A DNA stretch of 64,000 nt from Chrysemys picta bellii (Eukaryota), in the NCBI RefSeq assembly GCF_011386835.1, contig NC_088797.1:40610001-40674000 (forward strand). Direction: 5' to 3'. Both the position numbers and the translations under genes were made by a program. How positions within the stretch are numbered: the stretch's first letter is position 1; each line of letters begins with the position of its first letter. This document shows positions 47,276 through 60,745 of this stretch, one piece after another. The notes below the pieces were generated by a model. It was not told the DNA's origin. It ran no database searches and worked only from the letters and a program-made list of their open reading frames with translations.

Positions 47276-49868
47276 CATGTATATGCAAGACTATAACCAT
47301 TGCGTGTATTCTGGCCAAAACAAATAACATACGTCGTTTCCTAAACCAAACAACATTGGCCAGCTTCCTTGTGCAGCCATGCAGCAAGCACTCAGCTGTG
47401 AGAAAAAGCAGAGTCTGTCAGGAAGCAAGTGAAATGGCAGCCAAGACAAGTCACTATAAAGGTAAATGGACTGATATAGCAAAAGTCACGCATTGTAGGG
47501 CTCTCCTAAACTGGAATACTGGTTTAAAAGTCTTGTACCTTAAAGCAACATATTGCTATTCATTAATGGGTTTGGACTTTGCCAGTATCATCATATATTA
47601 GAAAGCCTCTGTAAACTTCTTCATCTGTATCCACATCCTAATATGTGTGCTGCTTCAACCCACCGGTTAAAGATTCTTGCCACTGAAGATGCAACATTAT
47701 TTTGGCCCAGGCCTTCCAGGAGCATTCATTTTTGTACTCTATGCAGTGGTGGGAAAGAGTACAAAGCATGTAGGGGCATTGATTCAGAACCACTTTAAAG
47801 GGGTTTGTGTGGTTGACTGTGCACCTTTTCTTATGGTCCAGTGCTGCAGGCAAAACTTCTGTTGAAGCCTGGTGAAGAGTTGCAAGGAGATACTGACACA
47901 CAAAAAGTTTGGCGGGAGTTGGAGCTCATAGCTGAATGTACCCAAGTCTTGGGAGCGGTTATGATTTGTATCAAGGGATGAACAGAGATTCAAGCTAGTT
48001 TTATTTTTCAGGCTGCTCTGCCATATCTAGTAAATATAGTAATAATAGAACAAGACATACACAAATCAGCCATGATTAAGGTGGCCTGAAAATCTTCTTA
48101 CAAAATTCCCATGTTAGCAACATGTACTGAATATACCCAATAGCCAGGGTCAGAGGGATCACTCTATACTCCAGTCAATGGCTCGGGCCCCAGTCTGGTT
48201 TCTTTGCATGCAACGTGAAAGGAACAGCCAACAGTGCTGGTGCTGGAAAACTGGATCAGGCTTATAGACTGGCTTAAAGACCAGTAAAATTAATGGGAGC
48301 CTTTTCAGACTTCAATGAGCTTTAGATCAGACAATAGGGCCCTGATCTATCAATCAAATGAAACCATGGGACTACTCATGGTAGTAAAGTTAAGCATGTG
48401 CATAAGTGTTTGCAGGATGAGGGTCTATGTGATGGACACAGTTTGAGCACAGGACTGGGAGCCAGGAACTCCTGAGTTTCTAAATCCAGCACTTACATGG
48501 TTCCCCATCTGTGCCTCACTTTCCTCATTTGCACAATGAGGGTAACATCATCGAATATACATTAGCAGGGCTTTGTGAAGACTGAGCTCATGAGGCCTCT
48601 AACTCACACAGTGTGCATTAGGAGTAAGTCCATTGAAATCAGTGGAGTTAAACAAGTATACGTGTGCAGGCAAGAAGAGAAACACTCCTTGTGCTTTTAA
48701 AGCAAGTACAAAATATTCTTATATTTAAGGTAATACCCCGCAATTGCTAATTACTATTGCTACTATTGAGGGGAAAGATGATTTGTTTTAGAGAATTTAA
48801 AAGTTCTAAATATTGTTTATGTCAACATTTGATTGCTCAGCTCCTTCACATTCTTATAAACTAGTATGGTTCTTCTGATGGGAACATTATGTAGCCATTG
48901 TGTTTAGATCCTCCAATATTTTCATTAACCAATGACAGCAGCTTTTCCACGAGGACTTTATTTGTTATAGGGCCACACTGTTTAGAGCATGATCTTGGTA
49001 TATTTTATTTAACACACCTTGTATCTTACTAATGCTTAGCTTAGCCAGCTGTCCTTGCAACTAAAAGGTTGAAAAAGCAAACAATACGTACTATAGACTG
49101 AAATCCAATGAAGAAAAGTGTGTTTTAATAACTGAATTATATTACTTCCATCAGACCATAAATTGTGTTTATTTTCCAGGGTGTACATTTATGTAGTGTT
49201 CAAAAATGGTTGCTTTTCATATTGCCATAGTTGGTTCAGAAGAATCAAAACTATTTTGTTAAACATCAGCTCAAATACAACTGTTAGGAAAGGTATTGTA
49301 GGATCCTATTATAAGTCAAGAAAATGCTTTAAAAATAATTTATTTTCTTAATATAATTGGCTTAACATTAGTTCATATTTCATATCCAAAATGTTACATG
49401 ATCAATCATTACAGATGAGTGCATTATCTTAAATAGGATCTCTTGTCTTGCACCACTGAACCATGCGTTTCCAATGTGGCCTTGTATATAGTTAGATACA
49501 TTTGCATAGACACATGCACCTTATCTGAAACTCTTGACAAGATGTAGAATTATCTTAATTGTTATTATTAATATTGAGGGGCTAACGAGTGGTGAGCAGA
49601 TCCAACAAGATAATCCGGCACCTCCTCTTACACAGTAATTTTATATACAATACTGTGATCTTGAAAATGAAACTCTACAGCACACTTAAGCTGGCTATTG
49701 TGTGCTGACCACTGGGGACAGAACTTGGCTCTCTATTTGCTTAGAGATACCTACTTTGTCAGCGGTAGTAAATTGAAATCTAATGTTTCTTTTCCTCAAA
49801 TACATATATTTTACAAATAATTTTAGGATAATAAAGCTGCACTGTTGAGTGAATATAGCAGACTCCTT

Positions 49869-52131
49869 ATCATAGAATCATAGAATCATAGAATATAGGA
49901 CTGGAAGGGACCTCGAGAGGTCATCGAGTCCAGTCCCCTGCCCGCATGGCAGGACCAAATACTGTCTAGACCATCCCTGATAGACATTTATCTAACCTAC
50001 TCTTAAATATCTCCAGAGACGGAGATTCCACAACCTCCCTAGGCAATTTATTCCAGTGTTTAACCACCCTGACAGTTAGGAACTTTTTCCTAATGTCCAA
50101 CCTAGACCTCCCTTGCTGCAGTTTAAACCCATTGTTTCTGGTTCTATCCTTAGAGGCTAAGGTGAACAAGTTCTCTCCCTCCTCCTCATGACACCCTTTT
50201 AGATACCTGTAAACTGCTATCATGTCCCCTCTCTGTCTTCTCTTCTCCAAACTAAACAAACCCAGTTCTTTCAGCCTTCCTTCATAGGTCATGTTCTCAA
50301 GACCTTTAATCATTCTTGTTGCTCTTCTTTGGACCCTTTCCAATTTCTCCACATCTTTTTTAAAATGCGGCGCCCAGAACTGGACACAATACTCCAGCTG
50401 AGGCCTAACCAGAGCAGAGTAGAGCGGAAGAATGACTTCTCGTGTCTTGCTCACAACACACCTGTTAATGCATCCCAGAATCATGTTTGCTTTTTTTGCA
50501 ACAGCATCACACTGTTGACTCATATTTAGCTTGTGGTCCACTATAACCCCTAGATCCCTTTCTGCCGTACTCCTTCCTAGACAGTCTTTTCCCATTCTGT
50601 ATGTGTGAAATTGATTTTTCCTTCCTAAGTGGAGCACTTTGCATTTGTCTTTGTTAAACTTCATCCTGTTTAACTCAGACCATTTCTCCAATTTGTCCAG
50701 ATCATTTTGAATTATGACCCTGTCCTCCAAAGTAGTTGCAATCCCTCCCAGTTTGGTATCATCCGCAAACTTAATAAGCGTACTTTCTATGCCAATATCT
50801 AAGTCGTTGATGAAGATATTGAACAGAGCCGGTCCCAAAACAGACCCCTGCGGAACCCCACTCGTTACGCCTTTCCAGCAGGATTGGGAACCATTAATAA
50901 CAACTCTCTGAGTACGGTTATCCAGCCAGTTATGCACCCACCTTATAGTAGCCCCATCTAATTTGTATTTGCCTAGTTTATCGATAAGAATATCATGCGA
51001 GACCGTATCAAATGCCTTACTAAAGTCTAGGTATACCACATCCACCGCTTCACCCTTATCCACAAGGCTCGTTATTCTATCAAAGAAAGCTATCAGATTG
51101 GTTTGACATGATTTGTTCTTCACAAATCCATGCTGGCTGTTCCCTATCACCTTACCACCTTCCAAGTGTTTGCAGATGATTTCCTTAATTACTTGCTCCA
51201 TTATCTTCCCTGGCACAGAAGTTAAACTAACTGGTCTGTAGTTACCTGGGTTGTTTTTATTTCCCTTTTTATAGATGGGCACTATATTTGCCCTTTTCCA
51301 GTCTTCTGGAATCTCTCCCGTCTCCCATGACTTTCCAAAGATAATAGCTAGAGGCTCAGATACCTCCTCTATTAGCTCCATGAGTATTCTAGGATGCATT
51401 TCATCAGGCCCGGGTGACTTGCAGGCATCTAACTTTTCTAAGTGATTTTTAACTTGTTCTTTTTTTATTTTATCCGCTAAACCTACCCCCTTCCCATTAG
51501 CATTCACTATGTTAGGCATTGCTTCAGACTTCTCGGTGAAGACCGAAACAAAGAAGTCATTAAGCATCTCTGCCATTTCCAAGTTTCCTGTTACTGTTTC
51601 TCCCTCTTCACTAAGCAGTGGGCCTACCCTGTCTTTGGTCTTCCTCTTGCTTCTAATGTATTGATAAAAAGTCTTCTTGTTTCCTTTTATTCCCGTAGCT
51701 AGTTTGAGCTCATTTTGGGCCTTTGCCTTTCTAATCTTGCCCCTGCATTCCTGTGTTGTTTGCCTATATTCCTCCTTTGTAATCTGTCCTAGTTTCCATT
51801 TTTTATATGACTCCTTTTTATTTTTTAGATCGTGCAAGATCTCATGGTTAAGCCAAGGTGGTCTTTTGCCACATTTTCTATCTTTCCTAACCAGCGGAAT
51901 AGCTTGCTTTTGGGCCCTTAATAGTGTCCCTTTGAAAAACTGCCAACTCTCCTCAGTTGTTTTTCCCCTCAGTCTTGATTCCCATGGGACCTTACCTATC
52001 AGCTCTCTGAGCTTCCCAAAATCTGCCTTCCTGAAATCCATTGTCTCTATTTTGCTGTTCTCCCTTCTACCCTTCGTTAGAATTGCAAACTCTATGATTT
52101 CATGATCACTTTCACCCAGGCTGCCTTCTAC
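49869..52131 (-). mobile_element. Young CR1 LINE, 5'-truncated within ORF2 (no endonuclease)
   Basis: Uninterrupted 691-aa frame to the native stop (…DKCLSGMV*); 3' tail (ATTCTATG)n at 49869-49893; highly similar to the 35.8-kb copy. Confidence 0.97.
49966..52041 (-). CDS. CR1 ORF2 reverse-transcriptase region (intact frame, N-terminally truncated)
   Basis: RT motifs [34 protein letters not shown]. Confidence 0.9.
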   Translation of the reverse strand: MDFRKADFGKLRELIGKVPWESRLRGKTTEESWQFFKGTLLRAQKQAIPLVRKDRKCGKRPPWLNHEILHDLKNKKESYKKWKLGQITKEEYRQTTQECRGKIRKAKAQNELKLATGIKGNKKTFYQYIRSKRKTKDRVGPLLSEEGETVTGNLEMAEMLNDFFVSVFTEKSEAMPNIVNANGKGVGLADKIKKEQVKNHLEKLDACKSPGPDEMHPRILMELIEEVSEPLAIIFGKSWETGEIPEDWKRANIVPIYKKGNKNNPGNYRPVSLTSVPGKIMEQVIKEIICKHLEGGKVIGNSQHGFVKNKSCQTNLIAFFDRITSLVDKGEAVDVVYLDFSKAFDTVSHDILIDKLGKYKLDGATIRWVHNWLDNRTQRVVINGSQSCWKGVTSGVPQGSVLGPALFNIFINDLDIGIESTLIKFADDTKLGGIATTLEDRVIIQNDLDKLEKWSELNRMKFNKDKCKVLHLGRKNQFHTYRMGKDCLGRSTAERDLGVIVDHKLNMSQQCDAVAKKANMILGCINRCVVSKTREVILPLYSALVRPQLEYCVQFWAPHFKKDVEKLERVQRRATRMIKGLENMTYEGRLKELGLFSLEKRRQRGDMIAVYRYLKGCHEEEGENLFTLASKDRTRNNGFKLQQGRSRLDIRKKFLTVRVVKHWNKLPREVVESPSLEIFKSRLDKCLSGMV

Positions 52132-52351
52132 ATCATGGAGTTCAAATTATTGACAAATACAGTTCTACACCATTAGGTAATGTCTGCACAGCAAAAGCTG
52201 TGCATGGGCTAGCCTACCTAGCCACCCTGAATCCAGCTGGCATGGGTAACAATAGCAGTGAAGAGATCTCAGCACAGGCTTCGCTGTGTGGTGTACAAGC
52301 CCATCACAGCTTGCTAATTTGCTCAGATGCCTGTGCTGTGCTGTCTTCACT

Positions 52352-52425
52352 TAGGGTGACCAAATGTCCCGATTTTATAGGGACAGTCCCGACTTTGGGG
52401 TCTTTTTCTTATATAGGCTCCTATT
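52352..52425. mobile_element. Truncated hAT-Blackjack MITE
   Basis: One TIR, TAGGGTGACCAAATGTCCCG; the other end is missing. Confidence 0.85.
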
Positions 52426-52489
52426 TCCTGAACCACCTGGATTCAAGCTAGCTGGGGTTGGCTAGTCCATGCACATACCCATAGAGAGG

Positions 52490-52750
52490 CAGGGTCTTCC
52501 AGTGTATTGAACACAGGACTGGAAGTCAGGAGCTATTCAGTTCTTATCCAGGCTCAACTAATTGCATCTAGCCACACAAGCAAGTCTTTGAGATTCAGCT
52601 TTATAACTGTAAAATAAGGATTATAATACTTGTTTTTCTCTCTCCTGCCAGGGGCGGGGTGACTGAGGAGTACAGGCCTTCATTAGTTAAATGTCCGTAA
52701 AGTGCTTCAAAGCAGCAAAAAGTGCTTCCTAAGTGTTAAGTCTTATTATT
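52490..52750 (+). mobile_element. MIR-like CORE-SINE (degenerate)
   Basis: acaggactggaagtcaggag...caagtctttgagattcagctttataactgtaaaataaggattataatac...gtaaagtgcttc. Confidence 0.55.
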
Positions 52751-53974
52751 ATAAATGGGGATGAATAAAGTTATTAATGGGCTATTTGATTTCCTCAGTC
52801 AGCTCCACTAGCTAGTATAACACAAGATTAATAAGCTCCCGCAAAACAACCAACCAAGTGTCCCATCCTAATTAACTCCAATGTACACCTGCTGCTGCAG
52901 CACCTTCTGCTGCTGAGTCCCAGGAAAGGGTCACACACAGTTCCTTGCTGTGGTGAATATGGCCTGCTTTGCTAATGCATTGAATAAGCCCCATTGATTC
53001 CTGTTTATTCTCAGTGGGGACATTTGGTGATTTGTGCTATGTGTAACTGTCTAATCACTATTAAATATTTTGGGTGTCAATTGGCATGGATCCAATGACT
53101 CCAAGAGCCCTGGGCCAGTTTACAGCAGCCAAGGAGCTGGCCTGGATCTCAAAGCCTAAAACACAAAGCTTTATACAAATGTTGTTTCTTTCAGGGAAAT
53201 TCCTCCCGTACAGAAAGCCAGTGAATGGTCTATGCACAACTAAGGCGTTTAATTCCACCCATAATGCATTATACATTAAAAGCCTATTGTCCTCCATCTA
53301 ATTTCTGACTGCTCTAAAGAAGTGAGTCAGTAGCAGTGCATTGCTTTCACTACCTGTCCTCCAGCAAGTCACTTTGCTTGTCCGTTTCTTCCCACTCACC
53401 CCCTTTAAAATGGGAGTAATATTGTGACTATTGCACAGAGGGGTTGAGAGGGTTAATCAGTTAATACTTTATAGAGCATGGTGAGATCCCCAAATGAAAG
53501 TGGGGTTGTTTGTATTATAATTAGCAGCATGTGCTCCATTGGGAACCAAAGAGTTGATTGGCTGGTGCCTCACTGTGGTGAGAAAAGCAAATTGCCACTA
53601 TGTAACTGTTTATGGGCTGGTGCCTTCTGTTTGCTCCTTCAGTGGCTTTCAGAAGTTCCATTAAAATGAAGCAAGCCACATTTCCATTTCAATCACTATT
53701 TTACCACACAAGTTCAACAAGGAAAATAACTACATCAATTGATAATAAGCAGAGATTTAATTGTTGTGAGCACTGGTTTCTTAATAGATATACATGGCCT
53801 TCCATTTGCTGTGTAGGTGACAGGACTGTGGAATTCAAGTTGACCTACTAAATGTAAGTGAAAACAGAATATTAACACTTTCATAGAATTATAACACTTT
53901 TGCCCAATGACTTGGAGCCTGATACCTTACTTGATTAGCTGAAAATTTCAGGACTTTTTTTTTTTTTTTAAGGA

Positions 53975-54107
53975 GAGAGACGATAGTTCTCTATGTTTAA
54001 ATCAAAATTGGATGTTTTTCTAAAAGATATACTCTAGGAATTATTTTGGGGAAGTTCTATAGCCTGTGTAATGCAGCAGATCAGACTTCTGGCCTTAGAA
54101 TTTATGG
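53975..54107 (+). mobile_element. CR1 3'-end fragment
   Basis: tttaaatcaaaattggatgtttttctaaaagatatactctaggaatt...ggccttagaatttatg. Confidence 0.7.
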
Positions 54108-55986
54108 GTGTCATTGTTATCTTGGTTATACATTTATAAGTGGGGGAAAAGTGCCATGGAACTCCTATAACTTGCTTATTTGTCAGCAGATGCCCATCTA
54201 GCGTACAGCATATTGTACACAAAGAAGAACAAAGGAGACAGATCCATTTTCTGAGTCCTCTTGATGATGATTTTGCCACTTGCAGAGAACCCATGAGTGG
54301 ATGGTAGATGAACATAATTAAAGGATTCTTTTAGAAATGTTTACATATTTAATTTACTGCTTACTCTGGATGTGTGTTTTTGTCCCATAGAGGAACAATG
54401 CGTGTAGAGTTTGGTAATACAGCACCACTCACATAAAACATTTCCCCAATTGTTTCAGAATGGAACTACTATTTTTAAATAAAAGTGTAGGGCAAGGAGG
54501 GAAAATGTAATGTGATAAAGAAGTCTGATTACAGATCGAACACAGACAAGATTCCAAAGGCAGCTGCAATGGGGTCACTATCCCACTGAAGGTGTGTTCA
54601 GTATTTATTAACACATACAGCTGTTGGTAACATCTTGCCTCTTTCAATTTCACCATTGTTGGGTTTATTTGGGGGTTGTGCTTTTGGGCCTGCTCCATGG
54701 CTCCAGGATCTGACTTCAGGTCTCAGTTTAGCAAGGGACTTAAGTACATGTCTATCTTTAATGGACTACTCATATGCTCAAAAGTAGGTAAGTACTTAAG
54801 CATCTTCCTGAATCGGGGCCTCAATTATTTGAATTATCTTGTTTCAGGAATGTTATTGACACAAGTGAGCATTGGTCAGCAGGCCACCTGAAAGAGTTAG
54901 TTCTTGCATTACCTTTCAAGTCACCTTGGGGTACTTCAGTACTATATAAAATCTCTCTCTATCTTTTGTCTGCTGGTGTTGGTCACTGAACTCTAGAGAA
55001 TATGAGCAGCACATACCATAAACTTGTATGATTAGTCTTACATTGATTTTTCCCTTATCCAACTTCATAACTTTCTCAGTGAAGGTTTCCTTCTATTTTT
55101 GGGGGGGTGGGAGGGGAGGGACAGGTTGACTGATATCTGCAAGCTTAAATATTGTTTTATTCTTATGGTACTCAGAACTGAGAGAGACAGACACCATGCT
55201 TCCTGTTCCTACTTGTGTCATTAGCTATCACACACAGTTTTCAGATTATGTGAAGTATACAATACAGTGCTGCAGTGAATGCTGGGGTTTGTTAGGGAGT
55301 TTCAAAAGTTGTGTCCCTAAGTCACGAAGGCACATCTAATAATCGCTATTATATTAGCTTTTATACCAGCATAATAGGGCAAATCCACACCCCTAGTACT
55401 AGTGTCTTGGCTGGGTGCTAGGGAGGTCCATAGGGGAGGGGGGGTCAATTACTACAATGATGACAGATATAGAACTACCTGAGATAGACAGAATGAGAAA
55501 AAGAAGGAATTCTCCTCCTAATACTTTGGTCTGGCAGAGGAACTACTATGCTGAGGCTTCTCTATCCCACTGACTAGCGCAGACCTAACTCATTCCTGCC
55601 CCTCTTCAAATACGCCTTAGGATGAATTTACTGCTCAGCGAACCCTCACTGAACCAAGCTCTGTGCTGCACTGGGATGTGCACCCCCAACACTGTTTAGG
55701 CAAATCACATTCCCAATTTGTGCAGGGGAAAGACCCCTGCACACACATCCCAGGTTGCAGTGCAGGATTTACCCCAATATGCACAATTAACAGAATGCAT
55801 CCCAATCTGAATCAAGCAGGGCAATTGCTTGCATTGGGTCTAGCTATTTGGATTTGAGTTAGGAATTTCATGAACAAAAACCTAGTTCTGGAATTATTAT
55901 TTAAATAAAAAACCCCAATCCTTCAATATGAAAACTTGTTCCTCCATCTCCAGAATCAATATGAAGGCAACGATTTTTGCGGCTTT

Positions 55987-56000
55987 GTTGTCATGGAAAC
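55987..56000. promoter_or_regulatory. Consensus RFX X-box
   Basis: GTTGTCATGGAAAC matches GTHNYYATRRNAAC at 14/14 positions; lies in non-repetitive sequence. Confidence 0.5.
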
Positions 56001-56115
56001 CATTTCTCCAGTCTGATATGCCTTACAGGGTTTTCAGACCTCTTCTTGTCAGCAATTACCATTCTGTCCTACATGCCGAATATTCTGCCTTTTAATTTCA
56101 TGCTGTGAACCTTAC

Positions 56116-56182
56116 TCCATGTGTGAATGAAGTCTGCCCGAATACAGCCAAAACAAAATGCCAGACAGCTCTATTCAGACCA
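56116..56182 (-). other. Candidate exon (67 nt) next to the X-box
   Basis: Acceptor gtaccttttatttcag| and donor GGA|gtaagg; one open frame (GLNRAVWHFVLAVFGQTSFTHG). Confidence 0.3.
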
Positions 56183-56626
56183 CTGAAATAAAAGGTACAC
56201 ACACTCCTTCCTCTGAGTAAATATTGAACCAAATGGCCCAGAATGGTGGCAAGGGGCCTCATGCTGCTGCAGGTGCAGTCTTCCAGCTAAGACGTAAAAC
56301 TGCAGACCCTGACATACTTGGAGTGCTGTGAGTAAAGAACATTTGTTAGCTACTGCTTGCATTTTCTTTCTCTTCCTGTCCTATGGCTTGTTGTTGTTGT
56401 ACAGAGAAAGGCTGGTTTTGAGTTTAAGGCACAGGATTGGGGTCCTGAGCCAGCAAGGATTACGCACATAAACAAAGGCTGCAGGATCTGGCCCAGGAGT
56501 CAGGAGATCTGCATTCTGGGATAAAGACTTCTTGGGTGAGTCTCTGATCTTCTCTGTGCCTCAGTTTCTCCCCTATATCACCCGGGGATAATACTTTACA
56601 TAGCTACCTATCAGAGATGGTAAGGG

Positions 56627-56976
56627 TAGAGCTGAACAAATAATGGCGTTTTTGGTTTGTTGACAATGTAGAAAAGTAAAGAAAAATATAATTTCAGGGC
56701 AATTAAAACGTTTAGTTTTGAATAAATCCATGTTGACCATTTTCCGACGACATGTTTGGGTTTTTTAAAAATAAACTGAAAAAGAAATTTGAAATGAAAA
56801 GTTGTTTCAAACTAAAAAATCAAAACATTTTGATTTTTGTAAGCATTGGTTTTTGCTTGTTTGTTTTCTAAACCAAACAATTCAGTGACACTGACATAAA
56901 TTCGTTAAACATTTCAATGTTACTGAATTTGCACTTTTGCCAGAATAACTTCAGCCAAAAAATTCACTCAGTTCTA
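56627..56976. mobile_element. Old AT-rich MITE (TAGAGCTG...CAGTTCTA)
   Basis: Both termini recognisable. Confidence 0.6.
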
Positions 56977-59900
56977 GTTGAGAGGTTGAGACAGTGTGAA
57001 ACACGGTGAGATCAGATGGAACGTTTTATATAGATGTCGGTGTGTTATTAGCTATTATTGGTATTATAATGCCGTGCATTAAGCAGCTGTCATGTCAGAG
57101 GTAACTGTACATCTCATTGGTAGTTGGTATGATTCCTTTTTAAGTCACAGGGCCAAATTCAGAGGTAATGTAGCAGGTGCCTAAGGGATTTAGGAGCACA
57201 AGTGTCATTGAAAGTGTAAATGGGACTTTTGCTCTAAACTCCTTAGACACTTTTGAAAGTTTCCCTATAAATGGCAGTAAACATCAGAAAGGCAGCTCAC
57301 AGCAGTGTAAGTCAATGTAAGAGGGTATTAGTTACATATCAAGAGGGCAAAAATAAGAGTTATTACTAGAAAAAGTAACCAGCAGGAGGGAATAAGAAGT
57401 TGCCAGACGTAAGATGAAATGGGGAAGGGGAAAGAGGGCTGGCTGCTTTATCTTCTAGTCTCCTTTGGTTGCTTTTCATGCCTATGCCCCACTTTCCCTC
57501 AAGACTAACCTACTATTTGTCAATGCTAATTTACATACAGATGAATCTGGTAAAATGCATTATCTTCCAATAGGACAGGTGCCATATACATGCAATATAA
57601 ATGCAAGATGATTCCTTTATTACCTCATTAGGAATGTGTGCCTGACAGGTTGTGCATTCAAAGAACTTGTTTGATAGAAAAATATATTTTGTACATTTCA
57701 TATTGCACTGAGAACCTCTGTTGTACAGCAGTGACCATATAAGAAAATGAACGGTTACTTTTAACTCATTTCTTTTTTGCTTAGATTACATAATTGTCAA
57801 TTAAATTTTTCTATAGATTGTCTGGTAATAGGCCGCATACCCCAGTCTAAACTTATGTGTTCCTGTGAACAGAACTGATGTTTGAGGAACAAAATACCTG
57901 ATTATTCAATGTACTTTTGTTCCACACTCCTGGAGGAAACTCAGACACACATTGGTAGTTTCTGTGTAATTAATAGTTAGCTAATAAGGCCAGCTCTGTA
58001 ATTTGTGTCTCCTTTTTTAAGTTGAAGTCAAATTGTCAAAAGTGCCTATGTGATTTAGGAGCCTACATCTCATTGAAGGTCAAGTACATAAGTAATTTTT
58101 GAAAATAGGTCTTAGGGATTTTGAAAATTTGACCCTGTCTCTTTGCTGTACAATACAAGTTAATTAAACAAGCGTGGCTAACCAAAGGGAGGGTAACAGG
58201 GTGTGAATGGAAAATGAGCAAGCTAGCATTTCTACTGAATAGACACTATTTCATTTCACCAGGATGTCTTTTAAAGCTCCCAATGATGCTTTTTAATTTT
58301 AAAATGTCAGATTAGGCACCTTTTCTCCAATGAGTGCCTTGATTTAAAGAATGGTTTTATCATCAGAAATCCTATTCTTTTATATAAACATTGATCACTG
58401 TACATCCCCAACGCTGGATTCCCATTGAAGAACCTTTTACAGTCCCATGTTACTATTTGGTATCATGAAGATGCCTATTCTCCTAGGCCTGGGAGGCCAT
58501 TTACCAGAGTAGGTGATGGCCCTAGCTGCTAAGTCCCAATTCAGCAAACCATCCCTATCCAGAAAAGCACGTAACCATGTGTTTGTCTTTAAGTACATGC
58601 TTAAATCCCATGGAGGTGCTTAAATTCATTCCTGAATGGGGATGGATTGAAGCATGTGCCTAAGTGCTTTGCTGAATCAATGCCCTAGCGACTAGAACCC
58701 TACAAGATGCTACTATTCCTATTACTGTCCCACAGCAAATGTGGCTTTTTAAATGATTACTAGTGCTCAGTTCCTGTGACACCAAAAAGCAGGTTTCTCA
58801 TAAATTCCCATGTAATTAAACAGTGTTTTTAATTTAACAGAAAAAAAAAGAGCTTTTCCCTAAAGGTAATTGCCAATGAGCAATTGCTGGTTTGAAAGCC
58901 ATCTAAGCTGCAGTGTTTTGTGTGCAATGTTTCTCACGGATGAAAGAGTGGCACCGATAGCATTCCACACACCCGGGTTCCTAGCAGCACTGAGCGAAGG
59001 CCATGGGGCTTCACAAAACTGGGCAGCTATGGCTGATGTAGGTGTGTGCTGGGATGTCTGGGGATACTGGGTTACATGGGTGGGTGCTAGGTGGTGCTAG
59101 AAGGTGGTTGCGATGGATGGGTAGGTGGCTGGGTGCCAGGATATCTGGAGTACTGTTGGTGGAGCCTAGGAGGATGAGAAAGAAGATGGCAATCAGCTGG
59201 GCATGGGACAGGTAGAGGAGCTTGAGGCTAGAACTGTGCCCTCCTCTGCTCTGCTTCCATTAGCTGCCTCTGCCTCCTCTGCTCTGCTGTTGTCTCCTGC
59301 TCCCCTGGCTGCCTGCAGAGCAGGCACTGCAATGGGGAGAAGCAGCCACAGGGCCATCCTTGCAGCCCAGCCTGATGCAGGAGGATTCAGCAAGGCTGTG
59401 GGGAGGCAAGATGCATTGCCAGATGAATGAGTGTCAGGCATGATACATGAAACTCGGCTGCTGTGAAACCATCCTAGAGAGAAACCTACAGCACTCCCTG
59501 AGCAGCAGCTGGAATCCTTCCTATCATATCCTTCTCCTGGGGATGAGATAGATACACACTACTGTAATTTACAACAAGGACTCAAGAAACCTTGTTGTTA
59601 GGACAATTCACCATTTAGTGAGTGCCTCAGATATACCTGCAGTGCAGGATGTGGGACATGGTAATGAGCACCTTCATGTGAAAGATACATTTGCCTGCTA
59701 ATTCACCATATCATGCTTATGTTGGCAGTATCGCACATCTGCTCTCCATGAAATTCAGATAACTACATGCAGCAGATGGAGTTTGGACGTTCTCCCCTAC
59801 AGGATGAATTCACCTGGGTATTCAAATTTCTTTCAAAAATATTAAGTTCAAGGCTCCAGGAATGTAATTTGTGAATCCCAGAGGAGGAGTATTACACTGC

Positions 59901-60298
59901 ACTGCATACCATGCACAGATAACGAAAGCCTAATTCCCTTTAGCCTGCATTCACACCACTGCACAGGGAGGGCACAGTGCTAGTATTCTGAGCAAGTAGC
60001 ATTTGCACTGGTGTAAACAATTGCATGAAATGCAGCTGAATGGAGAACTGGGCCCAAGAATGCAGTACTCCAGCAGAGCAATGTTGGTGGAGGAGGATGG
60101 TGGTTTTGATTTTTTGCAGAGACTGCGGCTAGCATTTAAAAACATACATTATTCCACTTAGGACCCAGTTACTAGAGTCGAAGGGAGTTTCACCCATGTT
60201 GGATGCATGATAGGCCCTTATTTATGCTATGCATGTGGCCTTCAGATCAGATACCAGGGCAAATAGAATAGGTCAGTTAAAGCATTGACTGCAACAAT

Positions 60299-60422
60299 TA
60301 GGGTGACCAGATGTCCCAATTTTATAGGGACAGTCCCGATTGTTGGGTCTTTTTCTTATAGCGGCTCCTATTACCCCCAACCCCCTGTCCCGATTTTTCT
60401 CACTTGCTATCTGCTCACCCTA
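60299..60422. mobile_element. hAT-Blackjack (MER81-like) MITE
   Basis: TIRs TAGGGTGACCAG / CTGCTCACCCTA; perfect 8-bp TSD GCAACAAT. Confidence 0.93.
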
Positions 60423-60739
60423 GCAACAATAGTCCCTAAGGTGATAATGGAAACACTCGCAAGCCACAATCTTTCAGAGTCATTGGCAAGTGCGAGTCAG
60501 TCTTTGTAAATTTTTTGGCTGTTGGTGCCTTTGTCCTCCCATTTGTTTAAAAAATGGTGTTACTTGCGGAAAACTCTTAGGCCCTGTTCCTACAAACCCT
60601 TTGTGCCTGTGCTTCTCTTTACAGACAGGAGCAGTGCCCTTTACTTCAACAGAACTAACTGCATCCATGCATGTGCATCAGTGTTTGCAGGGGCAGGGCC
60701 TTAGTCTCTTTAAAGTGAAATATCTCTGTATATATACAC

Positions 60740-60745
60740 TTTTAT
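60740..60745 (-). terminator. Candidate polyadenylation signal (AATAAA) for the 61.2-kb terminal exon
   Basis: Minus-strand AATAAA about 480 nt downstream of the stop; positional inference only. Confidence 0.3.

Noticed and set aside
36626-52105. + strand ORFs of 65-142 aa overlapping the CR1 copies
   Set aside because: Antisense shadows of CR1 ORF2.
58900-59750. Possible GIY-YIG or Harbinger coding remnants
   Set aside because: Too degenerate to assign by eye.
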